This document shows, piece after piece, positions 1 through 12,400 of a stretch of DNA of 64,000 nt; position 1 is the stretch's first letter; every line of letters starts with the position of its first letter. The DNA lies in assembly GCA_973895155.1 (NCBI GenBank), contig OZ316894.1, forward strand, positions 13,759,580 to 13,823,579, given 5' to 3'. The stretch is from Marsupella aquatica (lineage: Eukaryota > Plantae > Marchantiophyta). The notes below the pieces were generated by a model. It searched no databases, was not told the DNA's origin, and was given only the letters and a program-made list of their open reading frames with translations. Position numbers and translations under genes: made by a program.

Positions 1-984
1 GCTTCACACCAAAGTGACCCAACTTCTTGTGCGCATGTTGCACCAAATGTATTCATGAATTGTGATGGTTTTGGTACCACCAATACCTTATCATCACACA
101 CTACCCTCAAAAGATGGTTTCCTTCCCATCAAAACCTCTTGGCTCTTTGCAAAACCCTGTCACGCTCCTTGGCATCAAGACTGCCATCGATAGAACCACT
201 GCAAAAGGTATTCCAAGACTCTCTCATCGTTGTGAATATCTTGCTGTCCAACAACAATCTCACCAACATCCATATTTGCAAACTCATCATGTACTCCATC
301 CAATGAGGTAGCGTCCACAGATTCACTACTGGCACCCAACAAAGGAAGGCGGATGCATGTCATCCTGGCACCATCTCCTTATCTGACTCATCATGCCATT
401 TGGCTCCATTCTCATCCTCTTGACTGGTACATGGATTGCGGCTCAATCCATCTGCACCCAAGTTTACCTTTCCAGGCCTATGCACAACCTGGAAATCATA
501 CTCTTGTAACAACAATGTCCATCGCGCAAGCTTCCCTATAAGTTTGTCAAACTTCATTAACCACTTGAGAGGTTGATGATCAGTGATCAAGGTGAAGGGA
601 TTACCAAACAAGTAGCAGCGAAAGTATGCCATAGCCCACACTGCTGCCAAACACTCTCCCTCATAAGAGCTATACTTAGCCTCGGCTAAATTGTTTGATC
701 TATTGGCATAAGACACAACAAACTCATTCCCCTCATCATCCTTCTGAGTCAACACTACTCCAAGTCCTACTCCATCAATTGCTATCAGTGTGTAGCTAAA
801 ATGGTCTCATTGAAATGGGTCTTCTCAAAATAGGGGATGATGCCAATCTTTCTTTCAACTCTTGAAAGTCATGCTCCTGGTCATCACCCCAAATCCACTC
901 ATGATCCAACTTAGTGAGTATGGTTAAAGGTTTAGCAAGTTGGCTAAATCCTTTAACGTACCTCCTGTAGTAGCTTGCCAATCC
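1..984 (-). pseudogene. Ty3/Gypsy pol, 3' part (RT end, RNase H, start of integrase) of the outermost element
   Basis: Motifs GLASYYRRYVKGFSQLAKPLT, YSSYEGECLAAVWAMAYFRCYL and TDHQPLKWL..LARWTLLLQEYDF. Frameshifted. Joins 29814 across the TSD to restore RVCVFLGLASYYRR. Confidence 0.9.
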
Positions 985-1408
985 GAGGTTTTTTGCCGTG
1001 ACAGGAAACAAGAAACAGTAACAGGAAACAGGAAATGGTAACAGTAAAATAAGTGAGGAAATTTACACAATATTTGTGACATCCATCAATAAAAATCCTG
1101 TATAAAAATGCTGAGTATGTTAGTAGCGCCTAGCGCTACTTTAAAATGTGTGTCACAGAATGTGTGTTACATGGTAGAAAAAACACAAAGCCGGACAACG
1201 ATACCTATTCTGCCTTCAAGCTCTAAAATCTTAAGAGATACCGCGAGCAGAAAAACGGCTAAAGAACTGGGATGTAGTAAGCTCGCAAGAAAACATGGAG
1301 AACTGACACTACAACCTAACACCTTCAATCTCCGATGGCGGTAGCATCGGGCACTACTATTGCAAAAGTTTTTAAGAAGACTCCATCTTTCCAACAATCT
1401 CAGGATGT

Positions 1409-2267
1409 TGTCCGAGTGACCGGTATATTATTGGCTCATTAGAAACCATAACAGCAGTTGCAAACTGAGCTCCAAAATGATAGGTTAGATGTTGCCTCAT
1501 AGATGGTTTGTCTAAAAGATGGACTCTAATCAAAAATGGATTACGAAGGGGAAGATCAGGGATAACTCTCTCTCCTGGATTCATGATGGCTCTCCTATTC
1601 CTTTGCTATCCGGGCCAAAGGACACTCCACCCCTATATTCCCAAAGAAACCTTATTCCCTAAGGTCCCATCTATAAGTCTACCACTCATTCCTTTGCTAT
1701 CCGGGCCAAAAGACGCCCCACTACTATGTTCAAGGCACAAAAGAGCTTCACAACCTTGAATGATAAACACTGCAGAATGAGGGGAGAGTGCCCCTCACCA
1801 CTTTATTTATAGTGCACACCAAGAGGGCATGGATCAAGCCCAAGCACTTGGATGAAGGCCAAGTGGCAAGCATCAAATACCTAAGAGTGTGCTATACTAT
1901 TCATAGTTGGTGAAACTACTTTTAGTAGGTGGAACTACCATGCATTGGTGGAACTACTGTGCGTTGGTGGACCTACTGTGCGTTGGTGGTCCTACTATGC
2001 GTTGGTGGACCTATTATGCGTTAGTGGACCTACTGTGCGTTGATAGAACTATTGTGCGTTGGTAGAACTACTCATATACATTGGTAGAACTGCTCATATG
2101 CATTGGTAGAACTACTCATATGCATTGGTGGAACTACTGTAGTCCGTTAATATAGCTAAAGAAGTTAATAAAGTCTAAATTTAATAATCTAACTACTAAA
2201 CTACTTATATAATCTATAACATATTAAAACAAACAATTTTTTTATAACTTAAGAAAAAATCACGACA
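1409..2267 (-). repeat. 3' LTR of Gypsy element 1, with an internal tandem array of about 19-21-bp units (TTGGTGGAACTACTGTGCG-like, about 1906-2141)
   Basis: Near-identical to 7404-7415 plus about 7740-8584. Begins TGTCCG and ends CACGACA. Purine-rich PPT-like tract on the minus strand at 2268-2285. Confidence 0.92.
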
Positions 2268-2389
2268 CATCACCCCTACCAAACCTGTGCATCCTCCTGT
2301 GTGCGCCACACCTAGAATCACTATATGTCTTCTTCATCTAAAGCCTCATAGTCGTCTGGTTCAAACTCTTCCTCTGTCATAAATCGAGT

Positions 2390-3760
2390 TCATCGTTTAA
2401 ACAATTTCACTCGCTTCCCTGCATAGGGATTGCGATGAATTGCTCCATCAAGTTCTCTTACCACATATGTTGCATTAGGATGAACCTCCTCCACCATAAA
2501 TGGTCCTCTCCAACGACGTGCAAACTTCTTCAGAGTAGAATGTTGCTGTTCCAACCCTCCCTCATAGATCAAGACCCAATCTTCATTTTGGATGGGAATT
2601 GGTCTCAAACGATGGGTCTTGTCAAACCGTTCTTTATTCTTCTCACGAGCCTCCTTTAGCCTTAGTAACGCCTCCTCAATCTTCTCCTTGGTCTGGCTAA
2701 AGTGCTCAATCCTTCGCTCCAGCAACTTTTCTCGGGAGATTCTATCTTGCCATTCAATCATCCTCCAACTCTGAACATTTTCCTCAATTGGCATCAAAGG
2801 CAAATGTCCAGAGACTAATTCGGCAGGCGTAATTCCTGTTGTGGTAGTGCATGCCATTCGATCTGCCAAAAGAGCAAACGGTAGAAGATTGGGCCAAAGC
2901 GATGGTTTTCCTCGGCAAGATTTCACCAAGGCATTCACAATTGGTGGGTGCCCTCGCTCAATCTTTCCATTCCCTTTTGGGTTGTAGGCAGTAGTAAGTT
3001 TGAGCTTGATGTTGAACCGGTCAAAAAATTCTGCAGCCTCTTCAGAATTCAACTCTCCTCTATCTACTCTCATTTGCACAAAACAACCATGACGTGCTAT
3101 AACGTCTTCAAGTATGAACCTGCATACTGCTTCTGTAGTGTTAGAGGTCAAAGCCCTTCCTTCAACATAGGAAGATAAATCTTCTCTTGCAAGGACAAGG
3201 TACTTTGCCCCCCTAATTCCTCATGGCATGTGCACCACATCTACTGCCCACTGAAAATATAAAGAAAGAGGACTAGTGGGATTAAGTCCATCTCTAAACC
3301 GAACTTTAGAGTAATATTGACAACTCTCACAAGATCCAACATAGGATTTTACATCCACATACATGTCTGACCACCAGTACCACCTTTGAACCCGCTCATA
3401 GGTAGCTCTAACTCCTCGATGTCCTGCTTCAACAGCATCATGAGAATCCCATAAGACTCTCTTCTTCTCTTCATCTGTATCAAGAACTCTACAAGAAATA
3501 TGTTCTTTCTTCAAAGACCTTCTCCATAAAACACCATCCTTTAGCATGAACTTGTAAGCCTTCTTCCGTAATTGTTGAAACTTCTCTTCTATCATTTCAA
3601 CAGGCCTTTGAAGAGTACTAAGGTACATTCCAATCAAGAGCAACTCTCCAGAATAGAGCTCCTCTTGAAATGTTAAGACCTCAAACTCTCCATTCATGAC
3701 TTGAACTGCCTCCACTTCATTTTGATCATAGCGGGCAATATGTGGTGACAAAGTTTGCAC
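2390..3760 (-). pseudogene. Gypsy integrase (zinc-binding region, core, GPY/F-like end)
   Basis: GHRGVRATYERVQRWYWW...CESCQ, WAVDVVHMP, VDRGE, TTAYNPKGNGKIERGH and RWRGPF, split by stop/frameshift lesions. Confidence 0.9.
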
Positions 3761-3769
3761 ATATTGCCT

Positions 3770-5504
3770 GAATAGAGGTCACCACATGAATAGATGGCTC
3801 TACCAGCAAATTCTTCCGCAAACTCATCTACTATAGGTCCTATTCCAGTATTGCGAATAGTAACTTTGTTAGGTGATTGCATGTCCTGAATAAATCTAAG
3901 TTTACCATTTTTTTTATGAATAGTAAACCAACGATTAGAATAAGGTGCATCTGCTCTTTCCAAAATCCTAGTGGAAAGCTTCTCCTTCAATAGATCAATA
4001 AGTTTAGGTAACAAAACCTTGGGCACTGGAATGGGTTTCAAGTCCCAAGGAACATGTGGAATAGTGAAAATTACCATAGGAATAACAACACTAGGATCCA
4101 CACATCCCATCTCTTTAGGACAAAAGGCAAAAGCCTTACCATGCTCACCAATCATTTGACGAAACTCCTCTCTCTCTTCTTTTGTCAACAACCCATCATC
4201 ACCAATCCTTAGTTGATTAAGGGTCTCCTTCGTGAATTTGTGGCCAATCTTAGTCCGATCTCTAAGACTGGTCTCTTTACTTGCCTTCTCCAAAATCTCC
4301 CTAGCATCCAAAGGTAAAGGAATTGCTGCTAGTCTCACTTTCTTTTCCACTGTTTTGTACTTGGTGTTGACCTCAACAAATTGAGACAACTCGCCATACA
4401 ACTCATGATTGATTTCCATATGAGCTTTCCCCTCTGAAAGGTCACCTTCAATTATTTCTTTCAAAGACACTTCTACTCCTTCTTCATCTAGAAGGCCTTC
4501 AATCTCTTCAATTTCCTCTAGCAATCCATGTATTTGCATAGTATCCTCAATCCTTGCAATTTTCTTTTTGAATTTTTTAGTAGCTTCACACACTTTCACA
4601 TAAGAAATTCGACAATGCAAGCTTTCACCTTCAAATGAGTCACCAGTGGGTCATTGGCGATGGCGCCCCGCCTTCCTGCATTGCTTAACGAGACGCCTTC
4701 CGGAAATCCTCATTTCCCTCCTTTGGGTTCAGGTCCTCTCAACTCCTTCCGATTCCTCCAATGTCCAGGTTTCACTACAGGAAATTGGATAACCCGCAAT
4801 TCATCCCGACTCCTTACCTTTGCCATATGAGTGTCATCTGGTAGGACCTTGTACTCCATTCGAGCTTGAGTAATGTAAGGCTGCTCTAGAATGAGATCAT
4901 AGGGCAAGCTATCATGCACAAAGATGTTAGTTGGTTCTATCACATGACCAACCTTCATTGATACTCCAGGGCATCCTCCCCAAAGCATATTCTTTGAACG
5001 ATTGATTGAGTTGACAGACCATTGAGTATCACAATCAATCATCCATTGCCCAAGATCATAGATGCTTCTTGACATTAGATTCACCTCAGATCCTGTGTCA
5101 ATTAATGCTCGAGATTTGACCTCCATTCCTACAAGCTCTACCTCCACAACTGAGCAAGTTCTTGCCCAAAACGGCTCCAAGATGGACTCCTTGTCGTCTC
5201 CTGAATCAGGATTCTTCATAGCTGAAGCACACATGACCCACACACTTTGTGAGGCCTTGAGCACCTCTTCACGACTAATTTTTGCCATATCCTGGGTCAC
5301 TGCAAATCCTGTTGTTGCTTTCACCAATGGTTTCCACCTCTCCAATACCTCAACTCCTGACATCTTTGGTTCAGGAACTTCCTTTGTTGAAGACCCTAGC
5401 ATCTGTGGTCTAGGGATCTTCTCCGCATTCACTTGATACACTTCACACTTCACACTCCACACTGGTTTGAGAAACAATTGAACCTTCTCCATCTTCATCA
5501 ACAT
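3770..5504 (-). pseudogene. Gypsy protease and N-terminal half of RT (RT C-terminus and RNase H deleted)
   Basis: ALIDTGSEVNLM (protease). PYSNRWFTIHKKNGKLRFIQDM...GDLYSG, followed by an abrupt jump near 3770 to the pre-integrase region. Confidence 0.85.
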
Positions 5505-7296
5505 CAGAAAAAACCTCTATTCCCAAGGCATGAGGTACTTCCTTGTAAAATCGTTTTCGTTTCACCTTTGCAAGTAATGCATCTTGAGCCTTGGAGTTCA
5601 TGCAAGCAAAAAACTCCTCATTGGTGACTCTGCTCACCTCCGCTTTCCAAAACTTCTCAGCAACTTGATCATACGCAATGTGCTGCTCAACATCTCTTCC
5701 AATGACCCAACTAGGTCCTTTCTTTTCCACCTTCTCTTTTTTTACCACTTCCATCTCCTTTGAGGATGAAGGAGTCGAAGTAGGCTCCTTTGTTGTACTT
5801 CCTCTATCTTCAAATCGAACACTCCTCCTTGTTGGGACTCTTGATGATGGTTGCAAAATAGAGGGTCCAGGCTCAACCTTTTGTTTTCTTTTGGCACGTT
5901 CTTCCAAAGGTTCCGACAACTTTTGTTTCTCCTCTACCATAGAATCCCATAGAGATCCCACTTCTGCAGTGAAAGAAGAGATCAACACTGGATCACTCCA
6001 ACCTGACTTCCTCCTTACAAACTCTGCTAGTCTCTTCTTGTCTGTCTCTGTTGACGAAGAACTCCCAAAGAGGGTGTAAACATCTGCTTCATGCTCATCC
6101 TGATCTCCAAAAGCTGTTGCAATGGCTGAAGTATGATGTTCAATCATTCTTCTCTCCACCAACACCTTCATACCGCCCTTATTTGTGTTTACTGGAATAA
6201 GCTCTACTGAATCATGATAAGCAAGCTTTCTTATGCCATCATGATCAATGAACTTGACTATTCTCTCTCTCAGAGCAACATAAAGCTCCCCACATTCATG
6301 CCTTGAGTGCTCCTTACTATCACACCAAATACAATTCCAACTCCTTGCTCCGCCAATGGAACTCCCGGCTCCTGGACCACCTCTTGACGCTAGTCTTGAT
6401 GTACCTCCTCCCATCTGCTCGAAGGCTTGGGTGGCAAGAATGGTAAGATTTTTCATGAGTTCAGACAACTCATCCATTTTGTCCATGCTTTTCTCACCCC
6501 TACCAGTTGTTGACTCTATTTTCTCCATTCTCCTCATAGAAGTCATAGGTGCAACCGCATCTAGAGCACCTTCATGACTCAACTTCTTTCTTCTATGCTT
6601 TTGGCTGACCCTAAGCACAACAATCTCAATCTCCTCCCAAGTTGGTGGACTGGCTCCACGACTTGGGTTCATCAATTCGAGAGCAAGCTCCAACTCGTCT
6701 TGAAGCTTCTCATCAGCAGCTCGGATAAGTAAAGTAGCCTTCTGTACCTTGATAACTTCAGAACCAATCTCAGGAAGCTGATTGAACTTCTTCGTAAACT
6801 CCCTTATCAGTTCTTGAGGTCCCAACTTCTTGCTTCTATTGGCCACTCAATCAAGGAAAGATGCTTGAGTAACCCGATCTGGATCTTCAAGCTAAAATTC
6901 TTCTTTCATCTTCAACTCAAAGACCTTCCATGCTTTCTCCCCAGTAGCTCCATCTATCAAGATAGTAACAATTCCCTTGAGTTCAGGTTCTACTAAAGAT
7001 ACAAACTCCTTGACTGCAACTTCTACATCAATCTTATGAATTGTAGCCTCCGTCCAGTACCCCTTGAGATACTTGGTTATATTTTGCCCATCAAATTCTC
7101 CTTGCTTGGTAAGAACCGAGTGTAGGTACTTTGTGGTCCTACCAAGCAACTCCTTCTTCTTGTTCTCCTCCATCTCCTTCTCCTTCATTCCATGTAAGTA
7201 AGCAGCAATCAAGGATGAAAACCTCTCCATGTCAGTTGGATTCATCTCAGTTCCCATGATTGCAATTCTTTCCTCTTGACTTAATAATATAAACAA
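5443..7296 (-). pseudogene. Gypsy gag
   Basis: GEFDGQNITKYLK motif and a CIWCDSKEHSRHEC zinc knuckle, broken into two ORFs, located just after the PBS. Confidence 0.8.
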
Positions 7297-7381
7297 GTTA
7301 AGAACTCAAAGTTCCAAAACCATATCTCTCTCCATCCATTAGAACTCAAACATGCACAAGCTAACTTCCAAATCCAGTGGT

Positions 7382-7399
7382 TCCCCAGTATGGTCGCCA
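7382..7399 (-). promoter_or_regulatory. Primer-binding site (TGGCGACCATACTGGGGA, tRNA-Arg-like)
   Basis: Starts with TGG, 4 nt inside the 5' LTR boundary at 7404. The tRNA assignment is from recalled plant tRNA 3' ends and is tentative. Confidence 0.7.
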
Positions 7400-7403
7400 C
7401 TTA

Positions 7404-8584
7404 TGTCCGGGTGACTGTGTTTTCTGGCAAGAGCATGTTGGCTCTTTTGAAATTAACCTTGCATGCTCATAAGTTCTACACTAAAATCAAAATGATAATT
7501 CTAGTAACAAGGGTAGTGGGTATTAAGAAAGGTTCAGGTGAAACTAAAATACTGTTAAACCTTACTTCACCATACTTGCGGACCAACACATCACAAAAAT
7601 TAGTTTTCTTACGATATATGATCCTAATATCTCCAAGAGAAAATGAAATAGGAATATCATCCGGACTCCTATTCAGATCCATGACTTCAATAAAGGACAA
7701 AGATGATGCACTCCCACTTCTCTCAGTACGACACCACTGGGTATATTATTGGCTCGTTAGAAATCATAACAGCAATTGCAAACTGAGCTCCAAAATGATA
7801 GGTTAGATGTTGCCTCATAGATGGTTTGTCTAAAAGATGGACTCTAATCAAAAACGGATTACGAAGGGGAAGATCAGGGATAACTCTCTCTCTTGGATTC
7901 ATGATGGCTCTCCTATTCCTTTGCTATCCGGGCCAAAGGATGCCCCACCCCTATATTCCCAAAGAAACCTTATTTCCTAAGGTCCCATCTATAAGTCTAC
8001 CACTCATTCCTTTGCTATCCGGGCCAAAAGACGCCCCACTACTATGTTCAAGGCACAAAAGAGCTTCACAACCTTGAATGATAAACACTGCAGAATGAGG
8101 GGAGAGTGCCCCTCACCACTTTATTTATAGTGCACACCAAGAGGGCATGGATCAAGCCCAAGCACTTGGATGAAGGCCAAGTGGCAAGCATCAAATACCT
8201 AAGAGTGTGCTATACTGTTCATAGTTGGTGAAACTACTTTTAGTAGGTGGAACTACCATGCATTGGTGGAACTACTGTGCGTTGGTGGACCTACTGTGCG
8301 TTGGTGGACCTACTGTGCGTTGGTGGACCTATTATGCGTTAGTGGACCTACTGTGCGTTGGTAGAACTATTGTGTGTTGGTAGAACTACTCATATATATT
8401 GGTAGAACTGCTCATATGCATTGGTAGAACTACTCATATGCATTGGTGGAACTACTGTAGTTCGTTAATATAGCTAAAGAAGTTAATAAAGTCTAAATTT
8501 AATAATCTAACTACTAAACTACTTATATAATCTATAACATATTAAAACAAACTATTTTTTATAACTTAAGAGAAAATCACGACA
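7404..8584 (-). repeat. 5' LTR of Gypsy element 1, with about 320 bp (about 7416-7739) absent from the 3' LTR
   Basis: Direct repeat of 1409-2267 apart from the extra segment. Confidence 0.9.
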
Positions 8585-8588
8585 ACGT

Positions 8589-9050
8589 CGATGAATGACA
8601 CTCATCATCGACTCCCGCATTGAAGCGATCCTTGTCTTGGCGAAATCCATCCTCCTGCTCAGCGAAAAAATGCGGTCCTAGAAAGAGATTCCTCAGCCTG
8701 CAATTTGGAATGTTGGAGTCAGAAAATCCGACTCGCCCGGTCCATTGTTGAATGCCCCTAAAAAATGCCGTCCGTCCAACCCTATAGACATCAAAAGGAT
8801 CCGGATCGTGAATAGAGAACCGATCTTTGAAAGACCGGGGAGGAGATAAATCAGGGCATGAATCTGGTTTTGCTCAAAGGCTTATCCCCTCATCCGAGGC
8901 CAGCCATAGTCGATTCCTCTCAGTTGAGGTGACAGGGCGAAGAGTCTCATCGATGGGGACCTCTGAGGCCAGAGAATCAATTGAAGCTTTGCCTTCCAAC
9001 TTTGTGGGGCCGGAAGTTCTCTCACACAAGACTTGCTTTCCTTTCTCCAT
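8589..9050 (-). pseudogene. Possible third, small MULE cargo gene of unknown function, continuing at 1408 to about 1325
   Basis: ATG at 9050 (MEKGKQVLCERTSGP...). The reading frame can be followed across the Gypsy-1 TSD only by assuming one frameshift and CGA>TGA stops. No recognised domain. Confidence 0.3.
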
Positions 9051-9452
9051 GGTCTCTGGATCAATGTCTATGCGGCGCTAAATGCGAAAGAGCTCCTGGA
9101 AATCCTCAAACATTGGCGATGTCAAACGGAGAGGGTGTGAAATAGAAGAGGGTGTCGAAATGCCTACCGTTGCGAAGGAATTCAACCTAGGGAAACAGGT
9201 ACACATGGTAGTCAAGGTCATAAAGGATTTTCATCGTACATCAGTCCATGTACTTGCATTTTGGAAAACATTACACTACACTTGACATCAGAGAAAGATA
9301 TGCGGAAGCTAATGCCTTTCCCACTTTGTATTTATCTAAAATTGATGCGTACAATAAGTAGTGCCCGGCGCTACTATTTTGGAGGAGGTAATTTGTTTTA
9401 AAATCATGAATATATAACTAATCTAATTTAAACTAACCCAATCCAATCTAAT

Positions 9453-12400
9453 CTATTCTCCAGATTCTGACTCACTACTCTCTGATCTATCCGTACTCTC
9501 TGCTTCATCGTCGATAAATTCATTTCGTGCCATATCATCGACAAATGGATGACGGATGAACTTTCTATCCAAACCACGTCTCAATCGTAAGCCCTTATTC
9601 TCCCAGGTCAGGGTTCTTCTACTCTCTTCTTTGCGAGCGGCATACTCTGCGTGTGAAGGCAATACAAATGGTTTCTCAGGGGTAATTAGGACTTTGCTCA
9701 AAAATTTCCTTCGCAGATTGAACCTCTCGCGAAGATTCCACTCTGACCTGCGAGTCAGTTGAAACACTAAGTACACTTCGAGAGAACCAGTAATTCAAGT
9801 ATACAAGATAAAAAGAAAACGGAAAGTTAAGTAATGTAAAGGAGCTTACAGGCATTACTCAGAAGAATCTGCTTCTTCCGTTTCTCCTTCTAAATGCCCC
9901 CCATCCTTTTTCTCTCCTTCTTTATGGACATCAATCCCGGCCTCTTCATCAGCTACATCGTCTTCTTCTTCTTCAGAATCAAAATTGAGAACAGATCGAA
10001 CTTTATCTTTCACTTTTTTCTCCATGTCTTTGCTCGGACCAGCCTCACTCGATTCTTTCGGGAGGAGCAAGTCAGTGTATGTCCTCTCAGCAATAGAAAC
10101 AAATTCCTTTCGATTCTCAATCCCAAGGATGAAACGGCCACAAAAATCCCCAGCCACAAATGTACTTCCTGACCCAACCGTCCAGTCCATAATAATATCT
10201 CCCGGATGAGAGATTAACTCCAGGACAGACTGCATGAAGCCAACCGGTAGTCGTGCATTCCCTGCAAATGCAACTTCTGGAACATGATCCTTCTTCAGAG
10301 TCTGCAGTCCAATGAGGTTTGTGATTGAAGGGTCCTCGGTTGAAGACAAAGGCTTGAACTTTGAATCTTTGGGGACCCTAACCTTTGATGTAACTCGACT
10401 AAAGATATCAAGTTTTAAGGTGAAAACCTGGAAAATAAATAGTATTCAATATGAGATTTGGTCACATATATTAATAGCGCCAAGCGCTAGCAAATGATTC
10501 TCTTTATTCAAAAGGACAATTACCTGACAATCGCTTTTGGTCATGTACATTGGGGCATCCATAACAACGTTGAGTGTTTTGAGGCACTGGAACTTCTGGG
10601 AATCTTGGCTGGCCAAAATTACTTGGGAGATCTGGTCATACTCCCCAGTGTGCAAAACTGCTAACAACCCACGTCGGCAAGAAATGGGTCCATTGCCCTA
10701 AAGAAAGAGCCAATCATTCGGTGATCCGGTACATTCCACTTTGGTGATTTTCGGTGAAGCAAAGAAGGTCGTAGACCTGTCGGTAGGTAGACGAAACCCG
10801 CATCCACCCCAAAAGATCTCAACTTGCCTCCCCTAACTACCCCTTTCTCCCGGAGACCAAGTGTCACTAAGTCTTTTCCCCACTTCTCGACATTCGTCAC
10901 CCACTTGGGTTTAGTCTCTTTTGTAAAAACAGATTCAAAAAAGTCCATTAGACTGGAGTCAACAAACATATGACGGCAAACTTTAGACTTGAATTGACCA
11001 ACTTCTCGTTGGACGCCTGTACATGCATACAATTCTCTAGAAGAAGAACCGAGATCAAGATTTTTCTTCTTCTTTTTTTTGTTGCTTGTGGCATCAACCG
11101 GACGATCAACGTTGGTATTTGCAGGAGGAGTCTGCTCTTGGGTAGCATCAGCAGCCTCAATGTTTGCTTCAGATTGATCAGGGGTAATGGTCGTCTTTGC
11201 ATCTTGAGTTTCTTCTCCCTCTGATTTCCTTCCCCCTGAAGAGAATCGAAAAGGTAAGAACACTGGGAAAACTATAACAGCGCCCGGCGCTAGCCAAACA
11301 TTTACTTTCTAAATTCTTGTTTATGAGTATACATTTAATAGTTAAAAGTAGCAAACTTACTCAATGCAAACATAGATTTAATAGTTAATCAAACTTTGCT
11401 TTTAACTATTAAATCAATGCAAACAACTAAGTGAATTTCAGAGGAAAAGATCAAGAAGAACTGCAAAAAGTCATATAACTTACGTTTTCTTCCGGATCTC
11501 GTGGACGGGCTATTCAATCCTGTATCAACTTTTACTTTTGCGCGAGGTTTTCGGCTCCTGTCAACATGTAAGACTTCAGTCTCACATATTTTTTGAAGCT
11601 CCACTCCAGAAGCTTCAACGTCTCCCACCAATCCTTCCTTCATTTCAGACAACCATTTCCGAGGAACTAAAGATTTGGACAATTTCAAAAAGGCATCTTT
11701 CTCAGATTCATCAAAAGGTGTATCCCACTTATCAGTATCGAGGTACCAGGGATAGTTTGTTCGCTCCCAAACAGAAATGTCACGTGGAGGATTGGCTCAT
11801 TCTGCAGGATACATCGAGTAAACCTCACTGAAATCATCCCCATCCATGACCGACCACCTCTGGAACATAGGAGGATAAGCCCAGAAATATTCAGGAGAAT
11901 TGCTCTCCATGGACAAGAAGAACCAATAAAGGTATCTCTTTGCCCGTTTCTGGTTTCGGGAAGAAAAATCTTCTTTCTCCCCATACTTTGACGCCCACAT
12001 TGTGTTAAAAAACTTCGCCTTGATTGTATCTCCGTAACTTTTGAAATCATTGCAAATCATCTGCACTAAAGCATCAAAAGTTTCTACACCTCCTGTGATA
12101 AGTCGTTCCGGAGGCATGACAGATTGAACTTGTCTAAGAGCAGTCTGCAACATCCCCATTGAAATTCCTTCGATCCAACTCCACATGTGCCAAGTGTGAC
12201 ACCATTGTTTAACAGGTTCGTCGTTCACACTTGGCGGATGGAAAAATTGCTTGCAAAGTTCGGGCATGCAATGCGCCACAAGAAGAGTGGAACGCAACTT
12301 TGGGTCCAAAGCTAAGACGGCAGTAAAGAGACGAGCATGATCCATCGTGCAAACCACAGCGTCTGCTTTTTGTTCTCGCTTGTTTTTCTCTGTCAGCGTG

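Larger units (their letters stand above)
1409..8584 (-). mobile_element. Ty3/Gypsy LTR retrotransposon (internally deleted) nested in the MULE
   Basis: TG...CA LTRs at 1409-2267 and 7404-8584. 4-bp TSD ATGT/ACGT, differing by one CpG transition. PBS and PPT present. gag-PR-RT-INT ORFs on the minus strand. Confidence 0.92.

Noticed and set aside
1906-2141. Regular 19-21-bp repeats resembling a CRISPR array (also about 8224-8459)
   Set aside because: Head-to-tail minisatellite without unique spacers, inside both LTRs of a retrotransposon.
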